Shown here: positions 11,570 through 24,075 of the stretch, one piece after another
Layout of the letters: each line of letters opens with the position of its first letter
Position numbering within the stretch: position 1 is the stretch's first letter
DNA from: Chiloscyllium plagiosum
Taxonomy: Eukaryota
Direction of reading: 5' to 3'
NCBI RefSeq assembly: GCF_004010195.1
Contig: NC_057718.1
Span: 62,092,981 to 62,156,980, forward strand
Length of the DNA: 64,000 bases
Made by a program: the position numbers and the translations under genes
Notes under the pieces: generated by a model
What the model was told of the DNA's origin: nothing
Seen by the model: only the letters and a program-made list of their open reading frames with translations
Database searches by the model: none

Positions 11570-13192
11570 ATGCACGCTTTGTGAAACACCAACAGTTTAA
11601 AATAAAGCCAGCACCCAAATAAAATACTAAACAAATATTTTGCATCAATGTCTATTGTGTGGAAGGATATGGAAGATACAGAACGTAGTGAAATAAATAG
11701 CGACATCTTGAAAAATGTCTAGATTACAGGGATAGTGGTACTGGATGACTTAAAATAAATAAAGTTGGATAAATCCCCGAGACCTGATCAGGTGCATCCA
11801 AGAATTCTATGGGAAGCTAGGGAAGAGATTGCTAGACCCCTCACTGAGATGTTTGTATCACTGAGAGCCACAAACGAGGTGCTGGAAGACTGGAAGGATG
11901 GCTAATGTGGTGCCACTATTTAAGAAAAGTGGTAAGGAAAAGCCACAGAACTATAGACCGGAGAGCCTGACATCAGTGGTGGGTAAATTGTTGGAGGGAA
12001 TCCTGAGGATTAGGATTTACATTTTTATTTGGAAAGGCAAAGACTGATCAGAGTTATTCAACTTTGTGCATGGGAAATCATGTCTCATAAATTTGATTGA
12101 GGTTTTTGAAGAAATAACAAAGAGGATTGATGAGGGCAGAGAAATAAGGTGTTTGACAAGTTCCTCATGAGAAATTGGTTAGCAAGGTTAGATTACATGG
12201 AATACAGGGAGATCTAGCTATTTGGATACAGAACCGGCTCAAAGGTAGATGACAGAGGCAGTGCTTTGTCTACTGCTTTTTGTCATTTATATAAATGATT
12301 TGGATGTACGCATAGGAGGTAGTAAGTTTGCAGATGACACCAAAATTGGAGGTGTAGTGTACAGCGAAGAAGGTTTCCTCAGAATAAAATGGGATCTTGA
12401 TCAGATGGGCCAATGGGCTAAGGAGTGGCAGATGGAGTTTAATTTAGATAAATGTGAGGTGCTGCATTTTGGAAGGGTAAATAGCAGGAATTTTAGACTT
12501 AATGGTAAGATCCTGGGGAGTGTTGCTGAACAAAAATACCATGGAATGCAGGTTCAAAGTTCCCAGAAAGTGGAGTCATGGGTAGATAGTATAGTGAAAA
12601 TGGCATTTGGTATGCTTGCCTTTAATGGTCAGTGCGTTGAGTGTAGGAGTTGAGAGGTCATGTTCTGGCTGCACAGGACATTGGTTCAGCCATGTTTGGA
12701 ATACTGCCCGCAAGTATGTTTTAAAACTTGAAAGAGTTCAGAAAAGCTTTATAAGGAAAGTGCCAGAGTTGGAGGATTTGAGCTATAGTGAGAGGCTAGA
12801 CTGGGACTCAAGTGTCAGAGACTGAGGGATAAAATCATGAAGTGCAATGGATAAGGTAAAGAGACAAGGTATTTTACCGGTAGTGGGGGGATCCAAAACC
12901 AGAGGGCATAGGTTTAAGGTGAGAGAGTGGAAAGATGTAATAGAGACCCAAGGGCCAACTTTTTTATGCAGAAGGTGGTGCATGTATGGAATGAGCAGCC
13001 AGAGGAAGTGGTGGAGGCTGGTACAATTACATCATTTAAAAGCCATCTGGATGGGTATATGAATAGGAAAATGTTAGAGGTATATGGGCTAAATGCTGGC
13101 AAATGGGACTATTTTATTTAGGATATCTGGTCAGCACAGACATGTTGGACCGAAGGGTCTGTTTCCATGATGTGTATATTTCAATGACTCCA
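11570..13192 (+). mobile_element. CR1 (HER1-like) LINE, RT to 3' end, internally deleted
   Basis: LFVIYINDLD..SKFADDTKIGG..WQMEFNLDKCEVLHFG; tail ggaccgaagggtctgtttcc. Confidence 0.92.
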
Positions 13193-13374
13193 AGTACAAC
13201 AATATATGGGCACATGGAAACAGAGCGATATCTAGAACAGTACGGCAGAGGTACTACATGAGCACAATTTGTACTTGCTTCAGAAGTGTGTTTTAAGGAT
13301 GTCAGCAAACATTCTTCAGTTGTTACCATACTAAGGATTGTTGAATAAGTGCTGTGCAATCATAAGTTAACACT

Positions 13375-14385
13375 TTTTTGGATTGGAGGTCTGAGGCCAA
13401 TGATGTGCCGCAAGGGTCAGTGGTGGGTTCACTTCTTTTTGTCATTGTTATAAATAATTTATATTTGAAAATAGGAAGAATGGTTAGAAAGTTGGCAGAT
13501 GACACTAAAATTGGCAGTGTATTAGATGGTACAGAAGGTTATCTCAGAGTATAAAGGGACCTTGATCAGATGGGCCAATGGGCTGAGGAGTGGCAGATTG
13601 AAGTTAACATACATAAATACGAGGTGTTGCATTTTGATATTGCAAATCAAGACAGGATGGATACAATTAATGAGGGGGTCTTGGGGAGTATTGCTGAATA
13701 AAGCGACCTTGAGGCACAGGTTCACAGTTCCTTCATGGTAGAGTCACAGATAGACAAAGTAGCAAAGGTGGTGTTTGGTAACTTCCCTTTATAGGTCAGT
13801 GCATTGAGTTTTAGAGTTGGGATGTCAGTTGCAGCTGTACAGGACATTGATTAGGTCATTTTTTGGAATACTTTGTTCAATTCTGGTCTCCTGGCTTTAG
13901 GAAGGATGTTGTGAAACTTGAAAGGATTCAGAAAGATTTACAAAGATGTGCTGGAATTGAAGGGAGAGGCTAAATAGGCTGGGGATATCTTCCCTGGAGT
14001 GTCAGAGGTCGAGGGGTGACTTTAAAGAGTTTCATGAATCATGAAGAGTATGGACAGGGTAAATTGTCAAGGTCTTTTTCCCAGCATAGGGGAGTCCAAA
14101 ACTAGAGGCCATAGGTTTACGGTGAGAGGGTAAAGATTTAGAAGGGATGTATGGGGCAACCCTTTCACATAAAGATTGGTAGTGCATGTATGAAATGATT
14201 TGCCAGAGAAAGTAGTGCCAGTTGGTACAATTACAGCATTTAGAAGACATCTGAATGGGTGATGGGATAGGAAGGGTCTAGAGGGATATGGGCCAAATGC
14301 TAGCAAATAGGACTAGATTAATTTAAGATATCTGGTCGGCATGGACGAATTGGACCTGTTTCTGTGCTGCACAGTTCTAACTATT
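13375..14385 (+). mobile_element. CR1 LINE 3' fragment
   Basis: VPQGSVVG..ADDTKIG remnants and CR1 3' tail. Confidence 0.88.
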
Positions 14386-14729
14386 TAATGTTAGACATTA
14401 TATTCCGAATTTTCCAAGTCAGTATTCTGTCTATTGTGAACAGCCTAATGCATTTACTCCATTTGACAACAGTAAAATGAGCAATTATTTTGGACAACTC
14501 ACCCATTTCCGAGAGCAGAGAAGTTTTATGCAACAAGGACAGCACTCCATTGCAAAACACTGATGTGTCAGCCTATTTTCACTCAACTCAGGAACAGAGC
14601 TTAAAAGCATAACTTTCTGACTCAAAAACGACAGTATTACAATTGAATCATCACTATTATCTAGAATGCTGATTTGTCTTGACACTAAAATGCTGATGCT
14701 ATGAAGTCCAATTTCCTACTTTTACACTC

Positions 14730-15320
14730 GTTAGGCCGATAAACACCTATTAATTGAGCCTCCTCCGTTCCCTGAGACGTTAGAGGCTCGAGCATGCGTA
14801 CTGTATGAAATGACTCGCGACGTTGAAATGTTTGCGCCGGTGCAGAATGACGTGAGCGCTGAGCACTGCATGTCGGGACAGCTCGGCCGCCATGTTGGCG
14901 GCGGGTCGGTATTTATGAGATTTCTGGGGAGCTACTAAAATAGTTTCGCATCCTGACTGGATATATTCTGGAAAGAAAAGAGACTAAACCAATAAATTGG
15001 GAGGGTTAGCTGTTTGCCGTGAGGAGATGAAAGAAATGTCAGCGTAAGTGATGGATGCGTGAGTATGAGTCGGGCTGGATTTCCGGCTGTTGCTGTTGGG
15101 TTGATCTGTGGCCACAGCTCTTCATGTGGAGGGAGGCTCTGGCCTGTCCTCCTCTTCATAGCTTGGGCCTGACTCTTTGATGGGAAGATGACAAACCTTT
15201 GCGATGTCTGGATGGATTCTGGACATTTTTGTATTCTTCCTTTCACGGGAATGGAATAGCTGATTAGGCGTCAGCCTCTTCCCGTACCCTCGTTTCCGAT
15301 ACGCCCAGGATAAACTAAGC
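14730..15320 (+). promoter_or_regulatory. CpG-rich promoter / 5' UTR region of PAPOLG
   Basis: Locally high CpG density in a CpG-depleted window. CRE-like TGACGT 14848-14853, YY1 motif GCCGCCATGTT 14886-14896, NRF1-like GCATGCG 14792-14798, inverted CCAAT pair CCAATAAATTGG 14989-15000. The TSS cannot be determined from sequence. Confidence 0.8.
15027..15043 (+). CDS. PAPOLG: PAPOLG exon 1 coding part (MKEMS-A)
   Basis: ATG AAA GAA ATG TCA GC|gtaagt consensus donor, in the CpG-rich region. Confidence 0.93.
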
Positions 15321-17359
15321 ACTGTTGGCTGTAATATCCAGTTGTCAGTATTTCAACCTATTTAACTTGTTCTGTGGTACTTTTTACATTATGATCACTC
15401 ACGTAATAAGCACGAGAAAACTTGTGAAGTGTTTTAAACTAATTTTAGCGCAACTTTGGAAATGTAATTTTAATGCTGTAGGCTATATGTTGATTATTTT
15501 TGGATGAGTACATTTAACTTCTGATCGCATTTGAAAAAGTATTGTGATATACGCCCTGTGTCTTTTTGTAAACAACATGTTTTCCGGAAAAGCGCATCTA
15601 GCTGGTGATTTAAAAAAAAAAGTTTGAATACCGCCTCTTACGCGCTTATTCCGTTTACGTGGGAAATCTAATCTCATCATTTTTTTTTTATCCAAGTACT
15701 TTATAACTGCAGACCTTTTAATGCCCAGTGAACAATTATTTTAGAGGAGAGAGATTTTTGATGGACTCTGAAACTCTTCTAAAATATTTGATAAGCCTGT
15801 CCAGAAATTCTTGTCTGAGGTTATTGCTTGCATACCGCATTGGAAAAGAAAACGTCTGAAGTCAATTGTATAATGCATCTAACTTTGGATGCCTGAATCT
15901 AAAGTCACTGGCACTGGCGCATTAACTTTTTTGATGTTCATGGGGAAGGGGATAAAAGTTGCGCTGGGCATTTTTTTGCTTGAATTTTATTCAGATCAAA
16001 TCAGACCAGCTAGAGTAAGGATTGTGCATTATGTAAAAATGCATTCTCCTCACCTGCAACAATTTGTCCAGTTATTTAGTTTTAGCATATTAGAGTGTGA
16101 AACTCTGCAATATGTGTGTGCTAGTAATGCATAAAAATCACTTTTATCTTGGTAGTAAAGAGGAAATAGACAGTTTTTAACAAAAGCAATAATGTGTGGG
16201 GAGATGATGGAGACTTCTATATTTCGATTTGTCCAAATTCCCACGCAGTGGGATCCAGCTTACTTGTTCCGAGATAGATACAAAGATGTTCTGAAAATCA
16301 AAGTTTGAAACTTCCTATGGTGCGGGTTCCTGCGCTCAGCTGATTGGAGAATGTCGTCTTTGGTATGTGGGAATCCTCCAGGCAAACCACGTGGCTAGTC
16401 CAGCAAAGCTGAGCCTGACAAGCATGCTCTCAGTACCAGGTATGCAGCACCTTTGGAAGAAGTCTGTAAGAAAATTTAAAGTCAGCTTATTTTTAAAATG
16501 CATAGGTTGAGAGCTGGTCAGATTAAGTCAATTTCTTTTCACATTTTGTGGAATCTTAACTGGGTCTATCACCCAAACCGGAAGTACATAGGACTTCAGT
16601 TTATAATTTACTTAGTTTTTGAGCTTCAATAACCTTTGCTGAAGGTTGTCGCTGTTGCAATTTTTTAAAAAATGTGAAATGTATTTGAGATGTAGCCAAA
16701 GTATTCCTTGCTGGAAAAGGATGAAAGTATCCTCCTGTGAGTATGTTGCTTTTGGTAGATGTTTCTGTCATGTTGCTATCTACTCTTTCTAGAAAGAATG
16801 TACTACTGTCAAGAGGTCTACTACAATATGTGATTGATGTGCAGAACTAACTGAAGGTGCAATTCATAGTTTGAATTTCAGATTAAATAATAACTTGCAG
16901 AAAAAATGTTCAGTAGCTAATTCTGTCTGTATCATTAGAATTTTCACAGTCCTGTTAAATGCATTTCTCCTCTGGCTTTGTACTGTTGGTTAGGATTTTG
17001 CAGCATTAATAAAATTGCCAGCACTCATTGTCCTTGCTGCCCTGAAACTGATATGAATATCTGGCTTCATATATGTGTGGTTGAACCCAGAATAACTACT
17101 CTCAGCTTCTTCATTGAACTCAGTGGAGTCTGCATGGGCTCCGCTTGGTTAGATATTGCTGAACTGATGAGGACATCCAATTTTATACTGGTCTTGTATA
17201 AAAACTATTATAGTTACACGTTCGAATGAGCTAGAACTGTGTTTTTAGTGTGTTAAGTTAATTTAATGCGCAACTTTTCTGGCACTGGAAAAATTACTTG
17301 TTGAAAATTAAATTTCTCCATACTTTTTTTTGAAAGAAAAATAATTAAAGATTTAAGCA

Positions 17360-17530
17360 AAGACAGAAATTGCTGGTAGCAACTGTAAGGAGAAAGAGAG
17401 TTAATATTTCAAGTGTGGTGACTCTTCTGTCAGTTCTGATGAAGAGTCATGAATTGAAACATTAACTCTGTTTTCTCACCACACATGCTGGCAAAATATA
17501 TTTTTTAAACTGTAGCATCCATAGTTCTTT
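17360..17530. mobile_element. Inverted (palindromic) pair of family-C Penelope-like tails
   Basis: agagttaatatttca...tgactcttc..gaagagtca...tgaaacattaactct mirror symmetry. Confidence 0.6.
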
Positions 17531-17600
17531 TAATAAAACGAAGATTTAAGATTTAGTCTTAAGTAATTTTTGAGTAGTTTATGAAGGAGATAGACAGGAA

Positions 17601-17728
17601 AGGAGAAAGTGAGAACTGCAGATGCTGGAGATCAGAGTCAAGAGTGTGGTGCTGAAAGGCATAGCAGGTCAGGCAGCATCCGAGGAGCAGGCGAATCGAC
17701 ATTTCAGACCTAAGCCCTTCAGACAGGA
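17601..17728 (-). mobile_element. Penelope-like 3' tail (family B)
   Basis: Reverse complement of the tail at 22421-22510 (gaagggctta...gtcga..cctgctcctcggatgctgcctgacctgct). Confidence 0.75.
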
Positions 17729-19219
17729 AAATATTTCTCCTATGATAGATAGAGATGGCTTACTGGTTCCAAAAGACAAATGAGCAGAAGAAGCCAATTT
17801 TCACAGCTGGGTGTGATGGTCTGTTCTATCTGTAGCCACCTTCTCATCTGTTCTTTTTTTTTCCCAACCTGACTGCAGCACTTAGGAAGCTCTCTGTCCC
17901 AGTCTTCCTCTATCTGATGTGGACTGGTCAGCATAGATCACTTCAAACAAGAAAAGATTTTGTTTTTTATTTTATCCCTCACTCCCACCGCATCTCTTGA
18001 ATTTTTTTCTCAAAATAACGTTTTCCGACATTTGATTTTCAAATGGGTCATGAGTTCCAACCTTGTGTAGAATATGTGTTGTAGACACCTAATTAACACA
18101 GATACCAATTCCACTATATTTTTCATTGTTGCTTGCTATCTTTCTCAATCAAGACTTTCTTCACTGCAAACATAATTGTTTGCATAGCTTGAACATGTCC
18201 ATGTAACTGACCTAACTACTGGAAAATCTGACAATTATCTGTAGCAGTTCAGTCCTTTTAAGGCACTTGAACAATCTTCCCACATAGAAGACTTACAGTC
18301 CATGAGCATCGATGAAGAATGAGTATTCTGCTCTTTATAGTATGGCACTGTAGCAACCAGGATCTGTGGGTTGTTACCACAGTAGTTCTGCACAGGGTAC
18401 AATGCATGTGAGGATTATCCAAATTTAGTGTTACAGAAAATGCATAAAACAAATTTATAATGATGTAACACTGAGAAACCTCACACTGAAGATTTGAGGT
18501 CCTGAGAAGAAATCTTTTACCAATGCATATTGTTAATTGTAATGATCTCCATTAAAAGATGTCAATCTGATTTTGGAGAGAAAACTTCAGCGAGATCAGT
18601 TAAAAATGTTTTGGCAGTAGCAGGAGCAAATTCTGCTTGTATATTAAGTACTGCCAGATTATAAAATATAAATAGTATGTGACTGCAGAAGCCACACAAT
18701 AGAGAGTGAAGCATGTTACGTTTAACTTAATTGAGTTTAGCCATATACAGAGTAACCTCTGCCCTGCTATGGTGGCCACCAATGCATGGACATTTTCTAG
18801 ATACCTTTCTGGTTGGTGGCTGGAGTTCATAATATGGGGATTCAGTGAGTTTGTTTTATGCTCCATCAGTTACGTTAGTTGGACATCCAAAGGTTGGATC
18901 CATGTAATCGTACCTTGAAAACGAACTGTTTCAATTCATGTTTTGTCTTTGTGGACAGTTTTGCTATATGACTGTTTAGCTCAGTTGATAACAAATGGGA
19001 CTGTCAATCCAAAGAACATGTAGTTAAATCCCACATTGGGTATGAATCTTTCTTAATAAATATTTTCAAATTATTTTTCTTTCAATAACCTATTTTTCTA
19101 AATCATCCTGTTCAGAAATGTTATTACACACCTCTAGAGCAGTCCAGGAGTATTCCTACAATTGCATCACAGAAGGGCCACTAAAAAGGAAGATAAAGCA
19201 GACAGAATTGGAATAATAG

Positions 19220-19700
19220 CGTCATAGAGGTGTACGGCATGGAAACAGACTCTTCGGTCCAACCTGTCCATGCCGACCAGATATCCCAACCCAATCTAGT
19301 CCCACCTGCCAGCACCCGGCCCATATCCCTCCAAACCTTTCCTAATCATAAACCCATCCAAATGCCTCTTGAATGTTGCAATTAGATTAGTTACAGTGTG
19401 AAAACAGGCCCTTTGGCCCAACAAGTCCACACCGACCCGCCGAAGCGCAAACCACCCAGACCCATTCCCCTACATTTACCCTTTCACCTAACATCACGGG
19501 CAATTTAGCATGGCCAATTCACCTAACCTGCACATTTTTGGACTGTGGGAGGAAACCCACGCAGACACTGGGAGAATGTGCAAACTCCACACAGTCAGTC
19601 GCCTGAGGTGGGAATTGAACCCGGGTCTCTGGCGCTGTGAGGCAGCAGTGCTAACCACCATGCCGCCGCCTCCACGTTCTCTGGCAGCTCATTCCATACA
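19220..19700 (-). mobile_element. CR1 3' end interrupted by an HE1-type SINE
   Basis: CR1 tail 19220-19382 resumes at about 19668-19700 (ctctggcagctcattccataca). Confidence 0.85.
19381..19668 (-). mobile_element. HE1-type tRNA-derived V-SINE
   Basis: B box GGTTCAATTCC and V domain tgtgtggagtttgcacattctccc on the minus strand; aatct tail repeats. Confidence 0.92.
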
Positions 19701-20041
19701 TGTATTTATTGATATTTTCCCAATGAATGTCCTTTTAACTATTACAATCAATTCTCTTCCAAGTTATTTGAAGGCTGGAATTTCTCATTTGTTAATTTAT
19801 TTGTTTTCTGTGTATGTATCAGCATTTTTTGAGGAAACAGTTAATAAACAATATGTAGGATAAATTCAAGAACTTGATATTGGTTAAGGACTGAACAGAC
19901 CTATGACTGGGTGACTTGAATTTTAATGTTTGCCTTTGTCAAGCCAGTTTGTTTGTTTTAATGCAAGCAGCTAATACTCTGAAACAAAAATAGAAATTGC
20001 TGGAGAAACTCTGTTGGGAGAAAGCAGAGTTAAATTTTTTT

Positions 20042-20251
20042 TAGATTAGATTACTTAGTGTGGAAACAGGCCCTTCAGCCCAACAAGTCCACACCGCCCC
20101 GCCGAAGCGCAATCCACCCATACCCCTACGTTTACCCCTTGCCTAACACTACGTGCAAACTCCACACAGTCAGTCGCCTGAGGCGGGAATTGAACCCGGG
20201 TCTCTGGTGCTGTGAGGCAGCAGTGCTAACTACTGTGTCACCGTGCCGCCC
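20042..20251 (-). mobile_element. HE1-type SINE with internal deletion, inserted in a family-C element
   Basis: A and B boxes and tail as in the 19381 copy; central V domain largely missing. Confidence 0.9.
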
Positions 20252-20730
20252 ATAATGTTTTGGGGTCAGTGAAGGCTCACTCTGCTTTTTCTCCACAGAT
20301 GCTGAGATTGTCCAATAACTTCTGGTTCTGTTTCAGATTTTCCGCATCCGCAGTTTTTTTTTGACCTAGCGAAAGACTGTGATACTGGTCGAGGTTGCAA
20401 CTACACAGTAGGTCCTCTTCTTCATATGTGGCCCCAATAAGCAGCCATATGCATCTACACTTGAATTATCTTTCCAGTAGTCACAGTTCTATTTTTATGA
20501 ATAAATAAATCGCTGTTTTGTGATCCTTGGAAATAGACTGTATTTTAAAGTGTATGTCAACGCTTGCCAATGGCAGTGGAGCAGTAATGATTGAAATAAG
20601 TGAACTCTTGGGTATGATTCTATCTGTGCAAGTAAGATGTTACTGCTTTTACTCATTAACCTTCAACTTAAGTCCATGGTTTTCAGCATGATTTTGATTT
20701 GAGCTGCTGGGATCACTGTACAGTATATAA

Positions 20731-20925
<195 letters not shown>

Positions 20926-21016
20926 TGATAATATCGAAATGGTAGTTTTTTGCATATGCTAATTTATAGTTTGGATTCTGGTTGAACAATTTTAATGGTT
21001 TCTTTTAATATTACAG

Positions 21017-21083
21017 ATTAGTTGTTTTGGGTAAATTGAACAATTTAGTTAAAGAATGGATAGCAGAAATCAGCGAAATTAAG
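21017..21083 (+). CDS. PAPOLG: PAPOLG exon 3
   Basis: ttacag| LVVLGKLNNLVKEWIAEISEIK |gtaaaa. Confidence 0.96.
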
Positions 21084-21589
21084 GTAAAAATACTTTTATT
21101 GCTTCAACTGAAATATTTTGTGACATTTAAGTTTTTAGTGGATATCTGGGTGGATTGGATACTTGGTATTGTAATAGTACTTCTCAAGGAAGTTATCAAA
21201 GAAGTGCTGCAGTAATGTTGTTGTATCTTATTATCCTAGCTGATGATACTATTGGGCAAGTAAGTTTCCAGAAGAAAATTCAAATTCCTGATAATTTTTT
21301 TTTGGTTTGTATTTTAGTTGGTGGTCAGTCACCAAAATACAGTCAAACAATGCTGCATGATACATTTTCCTTTTAAACACAGTGGACGTTTTTAAAACAA
21401 AAGACAAAAAGAAAACATGTATCAAGGTGTAGAATAGTTAGGAAAAAACATTTAAAACATCCAGCAAAACAAAGTTTCACTGCATCTTTGTGATGAAATC
21501 CAGGTAAATTACCTAACTATATCAAATCTAGCTGCTGATTCTCCCCAGTTCCTTCATAGAACAGTACAGCACAGTAACAAGCCTTAGGA

Positions 21590-22512
21590 GAAAGTCTGGG
21601 CAGGTAGGACAATCAGAGGGCGGTGCAGAGTTGTTGTATCTGGGCTGAGGTTGGGGGTTGCGGGGGTGTGTGGTGGGGGAGAGAGAGAGAGCGAGAGCGA
21701 GAAAAAAGAAGCTGATGAGGTCAATGCTGGTGCCATGTGGTTGGAGGTTCCCAAGGCGGAAGATGAGGCGTTCTACCTCCAGCCAACAAGTGGCTTGGAT
21801 TTGGCTGTGGAGGAGGCCCAGGACTTGCATGCGCTTGGTGGAGTGGGAGGGGGCGTTGAAGTTGTCGGCCACAGGACAGTGGGGTTGTTTGGTGTGTGTG
21901 CGTCCCAGAGATGTTCACGGAAACGTTCTGTGATTTGGCGTCCTGTGTCCATAATGTAGAGGAAACCACATTGAGAGCAACAGAACACAACTCGCGGAAC
22001 GTTTCACGGAACATCTCTGGGGATGTTTGATGCATGTGCCCCAATGAACTGTGGCCGACCACATCAACTCCCCCCTCCCATTCTGCCAAGGACGTGCAAG
22101 TCTGGGCTGCCTCCACTGCCAAATCCAAACCACTTGACGACTGGAGGAAGAACGTCTCGTCGTCTGTCTTGGGACCCTTCAACCACATGGCATCAACATC
22201 GATTTCACCAGTTTCCTTATTTCCTGCCCCTGCGTCACCACATCCCAGATCCAACCCAAATCGGCAGTGCCCTCTTGAACTGTCGAACCTGTCCATCTTC
22301 CTTCCCACCTATCACAATGCCCCCCCCCCATCTGTATCTACCTTTTGCCTTCCCAGCTACCTCCACACCACCACCTTCCTATTTATCTCATGCCCCCTTT
22401 TCTCCTTCCACTCCACATTTCTGATGAAGGGCTTATGCCCAAAACGTCGACTGTCCTGCTCCTCAGATGCTGCCTGACCTGCTGTGTTTTTCTAATCCTA
22501 TACTTTTCGACA
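21590..22512. mobile_element. Penelope-like element (family B): inverted GIY-YIG arms, minus arm 21590-21980 and plus arm 21983-22512
   Basis: CSQCGFLYIMDTGRQITERFREHL on the minus strand and QLAERFTEHLW on the plus strand; the plus arm ends in a CTGATGA-GGGC/GCCC hammerhead-like tail. Confidence 0.85.
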
Positions 22513-22850
22513 CAGTAACCGGCCCATTGACCCAGCATGTCTATGCTGAACGTGATGCCATTCTAAACTAGTCCCATCTGCTTGCACATTGTCCATATCC
22601 CTCTATTTCCTGCCTGATCATGTGTCTACCTAAGTGCCTCTTAAATTTTATTGTCTGCTTCTGCGTACTTCTGCTTTCTACCCGGCAGCATGTTCCAGGC
22701 ATCTACCACCCTCTAAGAAAAACATTCCTCTCTCATCGCCTTTTTAAACTTCATCCCTCTCTCCTTAAACCCATTCCCCTGACTATTTTGGCATTTCCAC
22801 CCTGGGATAAAGACTCTAACTATCCACCCTATGCATGCCTCTGATTTTAT
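22512..22850 (-). mobile_element. CR1 3' end fragment
   Basis: ctagtcccatctgc..ccatatccctcta CR1 tail on the minus strand. Confidence 0.75.
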
Positions 22851-23429
22851 TTTTTTGTGTGAAGCCTTATATGGATATTCTTATTAGCGAGCTTCAACTT
22901 TCTCAACTTTTCAATCACCTGCTAACCTCCAATCGGACACTCCTGGTCTGGAACATGCTCAAATTAAACTCCTCTACTGAAGTAACTGTGCTTTCCTTGA
23001 ACTGTTCTCTCATCCTTTTTTGTTTTTTTTTCAGGAGAGAAACGGTTTTCTTCTGATTCCAGCCTGGTCTTATCTAAAGCTCCCAAAAACGTAGCATAGT
23101 ATCAACTACTTCTATTATCTCTCCAGGGATACCTGCTCTCTGACATATACTGGATTAGGCCAGGAAGTACTATCTGACCTAGATTTTTTTTTTTACAACA
23201 CTTCAAAAAAGTAGCCAATTCTGTGTGCCAATATTTTCGAAATCAATCAGACACCTTTCATAATTTTCATTTCAAATTTCCTCCGTTGAAATAGTTTTCT
23301 TCTGTCAAATGCTCTACGACTTTGTAAAATTTGATGTTTGGTGAAGGTTGTATTCCCCTCAATAGAGGGGGCGTTTTTCACGCATCAAATTAGGTTCAAA
23401 AAATGACATAAGGCGGAAAGGCAAGAGGT

Positions 23430-24075
23430 GAGGATGATGGCGTCTGCCGAAGACTATAGACTGCTTAAGTGAGAGGGCAAAATTTAACAGATGGTGTTTA
23501 ATGTGGGAAATGGTACAGTTATTCTCTTTAACAGGAAGAATAGAAGAGCTGACTATTATTTAAATGGAGAAAACTATGAACCAGGGATCTGGGAGTCCAT
23601 GAATCTCAAAACGTTAGCATTCAAATTTTGTGGGTAGTAGGGAAGGCAAAGGGAATGGAGTATAAAGGTAGGGAGGTATTGCTAAAGTTGTACAAGGCAT
23701 TAGTTAGACCACAGCTAGAATACTGTGAAAAGTTTTATTGACTTTACTGAAATGAACAAGATTCTTAGAGGACCTGACAGGGTATTGAAAATGTTATTTT
23801 CTCCTTTTATGGGAGAATCCAGGTCCAGAAGTCCTAATCAGAATAAGGGTCAAGAGCAAGAGTAGGTGGAATTTGTTTTTACTGCAGAGGGCTATTGAGG
23901 CTGGGTCTTCAAGGCTGAAATAGACAAAATTCTAATCGATAAGGGAATCAAGAGTTATGGGGAAAAGGCAGAAAAATGGAATTGAGGATTATTATTTTTA
24001 ACCATGATCATCTTGAATGGCAGAGCAGACTCCATGGGCTGAACAGCCTATTTTGGCTCTTCTGTCTTATGGTTC
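23430..24075 (+). mobile_element. Old CR1 3' fragment
   Basis: LYKALVRPQLEYC motif near 23690-23727 and CR1-type tail. Confidence 0.7.
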
